A stretch of 64,000 nucleotides of DNA. Source: an uncultured delta proteobacterium. Lineage in GTDB: Bacteria > Desulfobacterota > Desulfarculia > JACQYL01 > CAWGVV01. Position 1 is the first letter of the stretch. Every line of letters starts with the position of its first letter. Under the pieces are notes generated by a model that had not been told where the DNA came from, made no database searches, and was given only the letters and a program-made list of their open reading frames with translations. The position numbers and the translations under genes are program-made. Shown here in pieces: positions 8,908-18,487 of the stretch. The stretch covers positions 1,232,635-1,296,634 of the forward strand of contig CAWGVV010000001.1 in assembly GCA_963826125.1 (NCBI GenBank), read 5' to 3'.

Positions 8908-10272
8908 CTATCGTCTCGGCAGGTAAAGCGCCCAGTCAAGGGCCGCTCGCGCCGCATCCACCACCGGTTCCGAGAACGTCGGGTGCACCCGTATCGATCG
9001 TGCGAGTTCGGTCAGTGTCGCTTCCATCTGCATGGCCGTCACCGCCTCCCCGATGATCTCCGTGGCGTGCGCGCCCACGATGTGCACGCCGAGTATCTCG
9101 TCGTATTTGGCGTCCGCCACGATCTTCACCGCTCCGTCCACCTGGCCCCGCAGCATGGCCATGCCGTTGATGGAGTAGGGAAAATCGCCGATCTTCACTT
9201 CGTATCCCTTGGCTTCCGCCTCTTCCTCGGTGAGCCCCACCGCACCCACTTCGGGATTGGTCCAGACCCCCCGCGGTATCAGGTGGAAGGGGAACACCTG
9301 GTCCGCACCCATGGCGTTTTCCGCCGCGAACACCGCCATGGACGACGAGGCGTGGCTCAACATCCACCCACCGGTCACGTCACCGATGGCATACGCGGAC
9401 CCGCAGGAGGTTTCCAGCTTCTCGTTCACCACAATAAAACCGTTTTCGTCCAGGTCCACCCCGGCGCTTTCGAGCCCCAGGTTGTCCGTGTTGGGCCGTC
9501 GACTGCATACTACCACTTTGTCGACCATGGCCGCCTTGTCCCCCGAGAGGGTAACCGCGTGCCGCGCCCCGGCTGCCTGCACCGATACCACGCTGGTCCT
9601 CGTAATGAGTTCCACGCCCTGTTCCCGGATGGCTGCCCCGATGCGCTGCCCGACGTCGTGGTCTTCCCTGTCCAGCACACGTGCCGATTCCGTGACCAAG
9701 GTCACCTCGCAGCCGAGCGCCTTGAGCATCACCGCGGCTTCCACTTCCATGGGACCGCCGCCCATCACCAGCACCGCAGTGGGGAGTTCCGTCAGATCGA
9801 ACATCTCGTCCGGCGTCAGGGCCGCATCTTTCAACCCCGGTATGTCCGGCACGCTCACCCTGCTCCCGGTGGCGACGATAATGCTTTTCCCTTCGAGTGT
9901 TCTCCCCCCCGCTTCCACTGTTCCGGGGTTCTTCACCATGCCCCGGCCTCTCACCGTTTCCACGCCGTTGTTCTTGAGCAGCGCCTCCATCCCCATGCGG
10001 ATGTCGCCGCTGATGGCCTTCTTGCGCTGCACCAGCTTGGAAAGGTCCATCCCTTCCACCGAAACCTTCACTCCGAAGTCGCCCGACATGCGCGCCAACT
10101 GCAGCAGCTCGGCTCCCCGCAGCCACACTTTGCTGGGTATGCATCCCGCGTTCACGCAGGTGCCGCCCAACTGGCCCGCTTCAACCAGGGCTACGGCGCC
10201 GCCCAACTGGCTCGCCCGAATGGCCGCCGCATAGCCGCCCGGGCCTCCGCCTATCACGATGACGTCAAACAT
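8908..10272 (-). CDS. lpdA: Dihydrolipoyl dehydrogenase (E3)
   Basis: MFDVIVIGGGPGGYAAAIRASQLG...GGTCVNAGCIPSK redox-active disulfide motif and the C-terminal HAHPTFSE-like dimerisation motif (IRVHPTFSE). 454 aa. Confidence 0.9.
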   Translation of the reverse strand: MFDVIVIGGGPGGYAAAIRASQLGGAVALVEAGQLGGTCVNAGCIPSKVWLRGAELLQLARMSGDFGVKVSVEGMDLSKLVQRKKAISGDIRMGMEALLKNNGVETVRGRGMVKNPGTVEAGGRTLEGKSIIVATGSRVSVPDIPGLKDAALTPDEMFDLTELPTAVLVMGGGPMEVEAAVMLKALGCEVTLVTESARVLDREDHDVGQRIGAAIREQGVELITRTSVVSVQAAGARHAVTLSGDKAAMVDKVVVCSRRPNTDNLGLESAGVDLDENGFIVVNEKLETSCGSAYAIGDVTGGWMLSHASSSMAVFAAENAMGADQVFPFHLIPRGVWTNPEVGAVGLTEEEAEAKGYEVKIGDFPYSINGMAMLRGQVDGAVKIVADAKYDEILGVHIVGAHATEIIGEAVTAMQMEATLTELARSIRVHPTFSEPVVDAARAALDWALYLPRR

Positions 10273-10567
10273 GCATAGCTCCTTTCACCGCCCGTCCCGG
10301 CGACGTGGAAGAATGAAGCAACCGTGTTTACCCAGAGGACACAGGAGAGAATAAGATAACAATAATGTAATAATGCTAGTGAAAAAAATCCGGATTGTAA
10401 AGGACAAAAAACGGAGCATGCGGATGATGGGCGGTAGCGCGGAAGAAAAGCCTCTTGTCCTTCGGACCCGCACAACAAGTTGTCCGGGCCACCCGAAAAG
10501 CAATTTCGTGGCTATAAACGGCTCATTGCTCGGATGCACGTTGCTTTTGCTGAGAATGGAGCGGGTA

Positions 10568-10617
10568 GGCGGTCTTTCACCCTCTCCCTCTGGGAGAGGG
10601 CGGGGTGAGGGTCAAAG
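10568..10617. repeat. GC-rich palindromic REP/MITE-like element, copy A
   Basis: GGCGGTCTTTCACCCTCTCCCTCTGGGAGAGGGCGGGGTGAGGGTCAAAG contains the hairpin CCCTCTCCC-tct-GGGAGAGGG. Confidence 0.7.
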
Positions 10618-10856
10618 GGAGCGTGGGGTGAAAGAAACGGAAAAAGAAGATATAAATGGTTTATTAAAAATATACAATGCAGAACAACTTTGCTAAAACA
10701 TATATTATCGAATTAATCTTTGCCGTATCCCTATCACCTGCGAGTTTGATGTTCTTTTGACTCTTCACTGGAGGTACCGCCATGGCCAATCAGGAACAGC
10801 TCGCAATACTTCAAAAAGGCGTGAAAGTGATACGCCGATACTCTTATGCCTTCGTA

Positions 10857-10903
10857 CCCTCACCCCGGCCCTCTCCCAGAGGGAGAGGGGGGAAAGACCG
10901 CCT
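10857..10903. repeat. GC-rich palindromic REP/MITE-like element, copy B (inverted relative to A, about 94% identical)
   Basis: CCCTCACCCCGGCCCTCTCCCAGAGGGAGAGGGGGGAAAGACCGCC is the reverse complement of copy A with 2-3 differences. Confidence 0.7.
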
Positions 10904-11295
10904 CCTTTTTGCCGATGGTCAATCGGAAACAATGCATGCTTGGTCATTCGCCCTTCTTTGCATGAGGGGCAAACGGATCGTATCGAGATCGATGGAAAGA
11001 AGCCGTACGTGCTGAGCGAAGTACGCCACGCCCTTGGCGGTGCAAAGCGTGAAGAGGAAACAGTTGGCCATGCATCCAGGATGTGACATTCCGAGCAATA
11101 GCGGAAAATTGCACAGCTGGGGGCGGCTGTGCTCCACAAACGGATCGTTTTAATTAAAGCCATTTCCGTGGAGCACAGGCGCCTCGCCTGTGCAACAAAA
11201 TCGCTGTTGGTTGAGAGGCTATCGAAGCACGAAGGAAAATCGCCCGTTTTTCCTTCGACAGGATCCGGCCAAGCTGAAAAGTTTTCCCGGAGGGG

Positions 11296-11334
11296 CGTGG
11301 GGAACCGCCTTTTTCCGAAAGGGGGTCCCCCACG
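11296..11334 (-). terminator. Imperfect hairpin downstream of the biotin carboxylase gene (possible terminator)
   Basis: CGTGGGGAACC ... GGGTCCCCCACG arms immediately 3' of the stop at 11361 on the minus strand. There is no clean U-tract. Confidence 0.3.
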
Positions 11335-11360
11335 GTTATGTCGATGAACTCGACACCTTT

Positions 11361-12719
11361 CTAGACGTGCGGGGACTGGTACTCATGGAACACGGTATTG
11401 ATAAAGTCCGTGTTGAAGTTCCCGGTTCGGTAGGGTTCACTGCGGAGAATCCTGATATTGGCGGGAAGGGTGGTTTTCACTCCCTCGATCCTGAGAGCGG
11501 AGCAGGCCGATTCCAGCAGGTCCATGGCTTCCGCACGGGATTCGCCCCAGGCGATCACCTTGGCCAGCATGGGATCGTAAAACGGCGGAACAGCTCCCCC
11601 CTTCAGCAGGGCGTGGTCGATGCGGACATTCGCGTTGCCGTTAGGGATAAAGAGGTCCGTTATGGTGCCGGGAGCGGGGTGGAAGGTATCGGGGTCTTCG
11701 GCGTATACCCGCGCCTCGATGGCGTGGCCCTTCAGTTGCACCTCGTCCTGGGTGAACGGCAACGGTTCGCCTTGGGCGATGCGGAGCTGCTGTTCCACGA
11801 TGTCGATGCCGGTGATCAACTCGCTGACCGGATGTTCCACCTGCAAGCGGGCGTTGATTTCCATGAAATAGTAGCGCCCTTCACGGGAGCGCAGGAATTC
11901 CATCGTGCCCGCCCCGTAATAGCCCATGGCCTTGGCGAGCCGCAGGGTGTAGTCGACCAGCAGGGCGCGTTCATCCGCCGTAACGACCGGCGAGGGCGAT
12001 TCTTCGATGATCTTCTGGTGGCGGCGCTGGATGGAGCATTCCCGTTCGCCCAGACAGACGTAGTTGCCTTGGGTGTCGCCCAGAAACTGCATTTCGATGT
12101 GCCGCGGACTCAGCAGCACCTTTTCGATGTAGCAGTCCGAGGAGTGAAACGCCACCTTGCCCACGCGCCGGATTCGTTCGAGCACCTCGGATGCCTGTTC
12201 CGGCCCGCTGACCATTTCGATCCCCTTGCCGCCGCCGCCCTTGTCCAGCTTCAGGAACACGGGATAGCCGTGCTGTTCGGCAAAGGCCACGATTTCTTCC
12301 GGCCCGCTGATGGGATCGAGGGTGCCGGGGTTGACCGGCACGCCCGCCTTGGCGGCCACGTGTCGGCAGTAGCATTTGGATTCGACGGCCACGAGCATTT
12401 CCGGGGAAGGCCCGATCCAGGTGACGCCGCTCTCCATGCAGGCCTTGGCGAACTCCGCGTTTTCAGACAGAAAGCCGTAACCGGGATGCACCGCGTCCGC
12501 ACCGGTTTTGCGCACCGCGTCCATGATGGCGTCGATGTTCAGATAGCTCTTCATGGGATTGGAAGGGCCGATGTGGCATGCTTCGTCCGCCTGCGCCACG
12601 TAGGGGGCCCCCGCGTCCGCGTCGGAATAGACCGCCACGGTCTTCAGTCCCATTTTGGCGCAAGTGCGCATGATGCGGGGAACGATTTCACCCCGGTTGG
12701 CGATAAGTACTTTTTTCAT
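11361..12719 (-). CDS. Biotin carboxylase (AccC-type ATP-grasp biotin carboxylase subunit)
   Basis: MKKVLIANRGEIVPRIMRTC... with ATP-grasp motifs and the biotin carboxylase C-terminal domain. 452 aa. Confidence 0.9.
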   Translation of the reverse strand: MKKVLIANRGEIVPRIMRTCAKMGLKTVAVYSDADAGAPYVAQADEACHIGPSNPMKSYLNIDAIMDAVRKTGADAVHPGYGFLSENAEFAKACMESGVTWIGPSPEMLVAVESKCYCRHVAAKAGVPVNPGTLDPISGPEEIVAFAEQHGYPVFLKLDKGGGGKGIEMVSGPEQASEVLERIRRVGKVAFHSSDCYIEKVLLSPRHIEMQFLGDTQGNYVCLGERECSIQRRHQKIIEESPSPVVTADERALLVDYTLRLAKAMGYYGAGTMEFLRSREGRYYFMEINARLQVEHPVSELITGIDIVEQQLRIAQGEPLPFTQDEVQLKGHAIEARVYAEDPDTFHPAPGTITDLFIPNGNANVRIDHALLKGGAVPPFYDPMLAKVIAWGESRAEAMDLLESACSALRIEGVKTTLPANIRILRSEPYRTGNFNTDFINTVFHEYQSPHV

Positions 12720-12740
12720 AGCTTCTCTTCCCCGCCCGGG

Positions 12741-12962
12741 TCACTCCACTTCGAGGACAACCATGGGCGTGTTGACTTCCATCTCATCCCATTCCTTCAC
12801 CAGGATGGACTTCACGGTGCCGTCGTACTCGGAGACGACGGACAGTTCGTTCTTCATGCAGTTGATTACCGCCACTTCCTGGCCTTTTTTCACGCTGTCG
12901 CCCTCATTCACCACGACGCGGGCCACGAGTCCCGGCATATGGGCGTTTACGTTTGCTTCCAT
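12741..12962 (-). CDS. Minimal biotinyl-carrier domain protein (73 aa; BCCP-like, no linker or N-domain)
   Basis: Biotin/lipoyl attachment fold with a Met-Lys hot spot (VINCMKNE). A GGAGG RBS lies 8 nt upstream of the MEANV start. The longer MKEV start in the track would overlap the RBS. Confidence 0.7.
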   Translation of the reverse strand: MEANVNAHMPGLVARVVVNEGDSVKKGQEVAVINCMKNELSVVSEYDGTVKSILVKEWDEMEVNTPMVVLEVE

Positions 12963-13024
12963 GGTAGAAACCTCCTTCAAAACGAACGATGCGTTGGAAT
13001 AGTCGTTTTCCGGTCAACCGATGT

Positions 13025-14008
13025 TCAGGCCAGCGAATCGGGAGTCAACAACGCTTTCTGTTCCTTGCGCGCCGCGACCGCTTCTTCCTGCGAGCTGAGC
13101 GTGAACTTGATGAAATCCCGCGACGGGATACCCTGGCCGATTTTCCACAGGTCGGCGTTGATGACGTTCAGCGCGCACATGTAGCCGCCGAGCGTCGGGC
13201 CGTCCGCGATGAGCAGGATCGGCGTGTTGCCGCAGATGTTGAGCGCACCTCGGATGGCGTATCCGTGGTCGATGATGTTCGAGGGATGGCTCCCCCCTAC
13301 CCCGCCGTCTGTCCGGGAAAAGAAGAAGTCGGGCAGAGCGTCCAGCCGATAGGCGGAACGATTGGAGGTATGCTGAACCTTGAAGGAATTGGTGAACAGA
13401 TAGTTCATTCCCTCTTCGGTGGCGTAGTCCGGGGAGCAGTTGGGGCCAATTATGGCCCGCAGCGTCCATTCCTTGGCATAGGAAGGCACCACGCCCGGTT
13501 TGACCTTCCGGCCGGCAAGGGACGAAAGCGACGCGGAAGGGGCGCCGAACGGAACGACGTCGTCCTTCATGAGCTTTCGCCCTTCAAACCCGCCGTAGCT
13601 GCCGAAGATGCAGGTGGACTTGCTGTGCAGATAGGGGGGCACGTCGATTCCCCCGGCCACGCCGAGATAGCTCCGGAAACCGTTGGGGCCGATGTGGGAA
13701 AACTTGATCACGTCGCCCTTGGAGGCCTTTACCGATTCCCACAGGGGCATGGATTGCCCGTTCAGGGCCGGTTTCATGTCCGTACCGGTAACGGCGATGA
13801 CGCAATCGACGCCGAACTCCGCCTCGAAAAAGCCGCCGGTGATCTCCAGTCCGGCTTCGCCCGGGGCATTGCCCACCAGGAGGTTGGCGAACCCCAGGGC
13901 CACGTTGTCGAACGCTCCGGAAGGTCCCATGCCTTTGCCCAGGTATCCGAGCCTGCCGGGCCAATCCTCCACCAGCGTTTCAATCCCTCCGTTTATCACC
14001 CGTAACAT
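13025..14008 (-). CDS. pxpC: KipA / PxpC-like (allophanate-hydrolase subunit 2 family, carboxyltransferase-like)
   Basis: Start MLRVINGGIETLVEDWPGRLGY... after trimming 60 aa of the track's N-terminal extension. This is the AHS2 / CT_C_D family. 327 aa. Confidence 0.85.
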   Translation of the reverse strand: MLRVINGGIETLVEDWPGRLGYLGKGMGPSGAFDNVALGFANLLVGNAPGEAGLEITGGFFEAEFGVDCVIAVTGTDMKPALNGQSMPLWESVKASKGDVIKFSHIGPNGFRSYLGVAGGIDVPPYLHSKSTCIFGSYGGFEGRKLMKDDVVPFGAPSASLSSLAGRKVKPGVVPSYAKEWTLRAIIGPNCSPDYATEEGMNYLFTNSFKVQHTSNRSAYRLDALPDFFFSRTDGGVGGSHPSNIIDHGYAIRGALNICGNTPILLIADGPTLGGYMCALNVINADLWKIGQGIPSRDFIKFTLSSQEEAVAARKEQKALLTPDSLA

Positions 14009-14030
14009 GGTGTCCCGTCCTTTCTTCGGC

Positions 14031-15017
14031 CTACAGCCGAGGCGCCTTTTTGGTGCCTTCCGCCTGTTTTCTCTTGAGTTCCCGCACTTCGCCCTGCACC
14101 TGTTCCGAATTGAGCCATGCGAGGTAGTCCTTGACCACGATCTTTCCCGTCTCGATCCGGTATTCGTAGTCCGTTTCCTTGTGCACATGGTCGTAGATGT
14201 CGAGGACCTCCGCTTCGGTGACTTCGTGGAACTTCACGCGGTCCGCCGGACGGTAGAGGAAGGGTTCCTCCCGGAACATGGGGTGCTTCTGGCTGAACTG
14301 AAACGTGGGGATGGTACGGCCGAACAACTGATACCCGCCGCCCGTGGGCGTAGTGTAGGTGAACACGCAGGGGCCGCCGATTCCTGCCGCGCCTTCGGGC
14401 GTCCAGGTGCGCGGCGGATTGTATTTGGGAACCACGATGGCGCAGCGAGGGTCGACCGGCCACAGAAACGCGCCGCCCGGCCAGAATCCGCCGCCGCTGT
14501 TGAACCATTCCGTGCCCAGGAACATGTCTTTCACCTGCCGGACGGTGACGCCGTTGCACATGGCGATGTACTCGATGTTATACCCGTCGATGACGTTGGG
14601 CGCGTCCGGCCTCACTTCCTTCACGTATTTCGCCACCGCCTTCTTCGTCTCGGAGTCTTCGAAGGCCAAAGGCAGGTGGATGGTGCGCGATTCCAGCACC
14701 ACGTCGTCCACGGTGGGCATGGAGTCTTCCGCGTCCTTTATTTCCGCGATGAGGGTGGAAACGGTCAGCACTTCCGGGTCGAAATGGAACAGGTTGGTGC
14801 GCAGCCCCGGAACCGTTTCGATGAGGCCCTTGATCTTCTTGGCGTGGATGATGTCGTTGACGGCCAGCATCCGGAAGGAATCTTCAAGATGCGCCCGCTG
14901 TTCCCGGCCGTACTCCACCTGCAGGAAGCCGTCGCCCGCCTGCCGGAAGAGCACTTCGAGCCGGGATTCCGTTTCCGGCATGGTGTCCAGTATCACTTGG
15001 TATTTTGTGTCGTTCAT
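14031..15017 (-). CDS. pxpB: KipI / PxpB-like (allophanate-hydrolase subunit 1 family)
   Basis: 328 aa. Cyclophilin-like AHS1 fold features (…IHLPLAFEDSETKKAVAKYV…). Confidence 0.85.
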   Translation of the reverse strand: MNDTKYQVILDTMPETESRLEVLFRQAGDGFLQVEYGREQRAHLEDSFRMLAVNDIIHAKKIKGLIETVPGLRTNLFHFDPEVLTVSTLIAEIKDAEDSMPTVDDVVLESRTIHLPLAFEDSETKKAVAKYVKEVRPDAPNVIDGYNIEYIAMCNGVTVRQVKDMFLGTEWFNSGGGFWPGGAFLWPVDPRCAIVVPKYNPPRTWTPEGAAGIGGPCVFTYTTPTGGGYQLFGRTIPTFQFSQKHPMFREEPFLYRPADRVKFHEVTEAEVLDIYDHVHKETDYEYRIETGKIVVKDYLAWLNSEQVQGEVRELKRKQAEGTKKAPRL

Positions 15018-15086
15018 GGTCGCGTCTCCCGTGTGTCCAAGAGATTGTAGGTCATCGGCCGCTCGACGTCGGAACGTCGATTAAGG

Positions 15087-15839
15087 TCAAAGCGCCGGAG
15101 AACAGAGGGTAATTCCGGCGCCCTCGAGAGTCTCCCTCACGGTGCGGGCGATTACGTCCGACCCCGGAGTGTCCGAATGGAGACTGACCGAATTTCCTTC
15201 GATATCGATGTCGTTGCCTTCCGTGGTGGCCACCTTGTTTTCCTTCACCATGCGCAGCACGCGCCGGCCTACCTGCGCGGGATCGTGCTTTTCATGATGA
15301 CGGGTGATGACCAGTTTTCCCTCTCCGTCGTAGCCGAGGTCCGCATAGACTTCATGGACCGTGCGAATGCCCATGGATTCGGCGATGGGGGCGATGACGC
15401 CCGCCTTCATCACGTAGAGGTACGGCATCGGTTTGATGTCCTTGACCGCTTCGCAGATGGCGCGGGCCACGTCTTCCCGACGGTGAGCCATTCCATAGAG
15501 CGAACCGTGGGGCTTCACGTGATGCAGCTGCATGCCGACCGCCTCCAGGAATGCCTTGAGGGCGCCCGACTGGTAGAGGGTGATGTCGTAAATTTCATCC
15601 ATGGAGAGGTTCATTTCCCGTCGGCCGAACCCCTGCAGATCGGGCAGACCGGGATGGGAACCCACCTGTACGTTGTGTTCCTTGGCCAGCATGACCGTCC
15701 GCTTCATGACGGACGGGTCACCGGCGTGAAATCCGCAGGCCACGTTGGCGCTGGTGATGTATCGCATGAAGGCGGCATCGTCGCCCATGGTGTACATTCC
15801 GAAGCTTTCGCCCATGTCTGCGTTGAGATCGAGTTGCAT
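15087..15839 (-). CDS. pxpA: LamB/YcsF family lactam-utilisation protein (PxpA-like)
   Basis: MQLDLNADMGESFG...ACGFHAGDP...GSHPGLPD are LamB/YcsF motifs. 250 aa. Confidence 0.85.
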   Translation of the reverse strand: MQLDLNADMGESFGMYTMGDDAAFMRYITSANVACGFHAGDPSVMKRTVMLAKEHNVQVGSHPGLPDLQGFGRREMNLSMDEIYDITLYQSGALKAFLEAVGMQLHHVKPHGSLYGMAHRREDVARAICEAVKDIKPMPYLYVMKAGVIAPIAESMGIRTVHEVYADLGYDGEGKLVITRHHEKHDPAQVGRRVLRMVKENKVATTEGNDIDIEGNSVSLHSDTPGSDVIARTVRETLEGAGITLCSPAL

Positions 15840-15853
15840 GGCTGAGTTCCTCC

Positions 15854-16891
15854 CTAGCGGCCCTTCATGGAGAGCCTGAAACGATCCATGACCACCGCGA
15901 AAATGAGCAGGGCGCCCATGACCACCATCTGCAGGTAACTGCTGATGTTCATGAGGTCCATACCGTTACGGATAAGAACGATAAGAATAGCACCAAATAC
16001 CGCGCCCAGCACGCCGCCTTCGCCGCCCCGCAGGGACACGCCGCCGATCACCGCCGCGGCGATGGATTCCAGGGGGAGCGTCGCGCCCAGGTTGGGTTCG
16101 CCCGAGGCCACGCGGGCGGTGAGCATGGCGCCGGTGATTCCGGCCAGCGTGCCGCACAGCACGTAGGCCAGACATTTGTACTTTCTGACGGCAATCCCCG
16201 AAAGGCGCGCCGCTTCCTCGTTGCCGCCGATGGCGTAGAAGTACCTGCCGATGCGGGTGCGATTGAGCATGATGGAGACGATGATCACCAGCACAAGCGC
16301 GACCAGCACCGGGACCGGAATCCCCCACACCTTGCCGATCCCCAGCATCTTATTGAGGCTCTCCGGCAGATTGAAGATGGGAACGCCTCCCGACAGCAGG
16401 AGCGCGCCTCCGTGCACCACGGACATCATGCCCATGGTAACCACGAACGGAGACACGTGGAAAATGGCGATGGTGACGCCGTTGGCTAGTCCCACGAGCG
16501 TGGAGATGGCGATACCTACGAGGATCCCCGCCATGATGGCCAGAAAGGGATCGTGGATGGAAACCATCGCCTGTGCGGACGCGATGCTGGTGAGCGCCAC
16601 GGCCGAACCGACGGACAGGTCGAATCCCGCGCAGAGGATGGTGAGCATCTGGCCCGTTGTGATCATGATCAGGTAGGTTGCCTGACGCCCGACGGTCATC
16701 ATGTTCGACAGGGTGAGGAACCGTTCTTCGGCGACGCTGAACAGAATCATCAGCGCCGCGAGCAGGAAAGGCAGCACCCCCGCCCGTACGAAGGCCCGTT
16801 TCAGCAGGTTGCCAGGGCCCTGAGGTTTCATTGGTTCGCGGGCCGCAACGGGCTTAAAGCTCCCCGTCTGCGGCATGGCCGATTCGCCCAT
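15854..16891 (-). CDS. CUT2-family (ribose/monosaccharide-type) ABC transporter permease
   Basis: Polytopic and RbsC-like. It overlaps the ATPase gene by 38 nt. The true start may be an internal Met (the track N-terminus is 345 aa). Confidence 0.8.
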   Translation of the reverse strand: MGESAMPQTGSFKPVAAREPMKPQGPGNLLKRAFVRAGVLPFLLAALMILFSVAEERFLTLSNMMTVGRQATYLIMITTGQMLTILCAGFDLSVGSAVALTSIASAQAMVSIHDPFLAIMAGILVGIAISTLVGLANGVTIAIFHVSPFVVTMGMMSVVHGGALLLSGGVPIFNLPESLNKMLGIGKVWGIPVPVLVALVLVIIVSIMLNRTRIGRYFYAIGGNEEAARLSGIAVRKYKCLAYVLCGTLAGITGAMLTARVASGEPNLGATLPLESIAAAVIGGVSLRGGEGGVLGAVFGAILIVLIRNGMDLMNISSYLQMVVMGALLIFAVVMDRFRLSMKGR

Positions 16892-18392
16892 TTTTCAACT
16901 CCATATAATCGTAACCGAAACAACCGCTCAGAATCTTTTCCTCGGTGGCTTCGGAGCCCAGCATGGTGCTGCAGATGGTTCCACCATGCATGACCAGAAT
17001 CGTGTGACACAAGTGGAGAATTTCGGTGAGTTCCGACGAGATAAAGATCACCGCGGCGCCCTGCTCGGCCCGTTCCTTGAGGAACAGATAGACTTCCCGT
17101 TTGGCGCCGATGTCGATACCGCAACTCGCCTCGTCGAATACGTATACTTTAAAGTCCCTGGTGAGGCCGCGGGAAAGCATCACTTTCTGCTGGTTCCCTC
17201 CGCTCAGATACTGCACGACCTTGTCGATGCGTCCGGGACGGATGTTCATTTTTTCCACGAGCTTTTTTGCAAAGGAGATTTCACGGTTGCCATCGATGAA
17301 CCCGTATTTCTCGAACAGGGGCACCGAAGCAAGGGTTTGATTTTCCCTGACCGGACGGCACAGAACGAGGCCCTCCTTGTGGCGGTCGGGGGGGAAATAG
17401 AGGATTCCCCTCTGGATGGAATCGGCGGGCTGGATTTTGGTCAATTCGGTTCCTTCGAGCATCACTCGGCCGCCCGTGATGGGTTCCAGGCCGAAAATGG
17501 CCCTGCCCACACGAGATTTGCCGGCACCTACCAGCCCCGCGATGCCAAGGATTTCACCCCGCCTCACGGAAAAACTGACGTCGCGCAATCCGGTTACTGT
17601 GGACAGGTCTTCCACGGAAACGACGACGTCGCCCAAACCGTGATTGATGGCGGGGTAAATGTCTTCGTACTGCCGGCCCGTCATCAGGGTGATAAGGGTC
17701 TGTTCGTCGGCGTCGTGCATGTCCAGGGTCTTCACGTATCTGCCGTCCCTGAGCACGGTGATCCGATCGCCGATCTTTCTGAGTTCGTCGATGCGATGCG
17801 AAATATAGATGATGCCCACGCCTTCCCGCTTCAGTCTGCCAATGACGTCGAACAGGCAGTTCACTTCGCGATCGGTGAGGGAGGCGGTCGGCTCATCCAG
17901 GATGAGGACCGACATCTTCTGCTGGATCGCCTTGGCGATCTCGGTCATCTGCCGTTCGGACCGCTGCAGGTCGGACACCCTCCTGGTGGGATCGAGATCG
18001 AACCCGAGGTCCTGCAACGACTTCCGGGCGGCCTTCATCATGGTCCCGAGGTCCAGGAACCCGCTCTTCATGACTTCCTGCCCCAGAAAGAGGTTTTCCG
18101 CCACGGTGAGCTGGGGAACCAGACTGAACTCCTGATACACGGCGGAGATACCCTGCATGCGTGCATCGAACGGAGAACGGAAGGCGACCGGACGTCCCTT
18201 CAGTGTGAGGGTGCCTTCATCCGGGAGACAGGACCCGGCGAGCACTTTTGTCAGCGTGGATTTCCCCGCGCCGTTCTCTCCGAACAGCACGTGAACTTCC
18301 CCGGAGCGCAATTCGAAGCATACTCGATCCAGCGCCAGAACGCCAGGGTACCGCTTGGTGATATTTTCCGCTTTGAGGAGGACTTCCGGCAT
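16854..18392 (-). CDS. CUT2-family sugar ABC transporter ATP-binding protein (two fused ABC domains)
   Basis: Duplicated Walker A (GENGAGKST and a second domain). Signatures are LSGGNQQKVMLSRGL and LSDLQRSERQMTEIAKAI. 512 aa. Confidence 0.9.
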   Translation of the reverse strand: MPEVLLKAENITKRYPGVLALDRVCFELRSGEVHVLFGENGAGKSTLTKVLAGSCLPDEGTLTLKGRPVAFRSPFDARMQGISAVYQEFSLVPQLTVAENLFLGQEVMKSGFLDLGTMMKAARKSLQDLGFDLDPTRRVSDLQRSERQMTEIAKAIQQKMSVLILDEPTASLTDREVNCLFDVIGRLKREGVGIIYISHRIDELRKIGDRITVLRDGRYVKTLDMHDADEQTLITLMTGRQYEDIYPAINHGLGDVVVSVEDLSTVTGLRDVSFSVRRGEILGIAGLVGAGKSRVGRAIFGLEPITGGRVMLEGTELTKIQPADSIQRGILYFPPDRHKEGLVLCRPVRENQTLASVPLFEKYGFIDGNREISFAKKLVEKMNIRPGRIDKVVQYLSGGNQQKVMLSRGLTRDFKVYVFDEASCGIDIGAKREVYLFLKERAEQGAAVIFISSELTEILHLCHTILVMHGGTICSTMLGSEATEEKILSGCFGYDYMELKNGRIGHAADGEL

Positions 18393-18487
18393 TTTTATCG
18401 CTCCTTCGCCGGGTATTCCCCGGTGACCCGGAACGATTTGCTTCGTTCCGGGTCCTTAAGGCTGGTCAAACATCTTGCAGTGGCTGG

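Noticed and set aside
8905-10278. 457-aa plus-strand ORF and the nested 341-aa ORF
   Set aside because: Antisense to lpdA, which has the FAD and CxxxxC disulfide motifs.
11190-13184. 664-aa plus-strand ORF over accC and the biotinyl gene
   Set aside because: Antisense artefact. The minus-strand genes carry canonical biotin carboxylase motifs.
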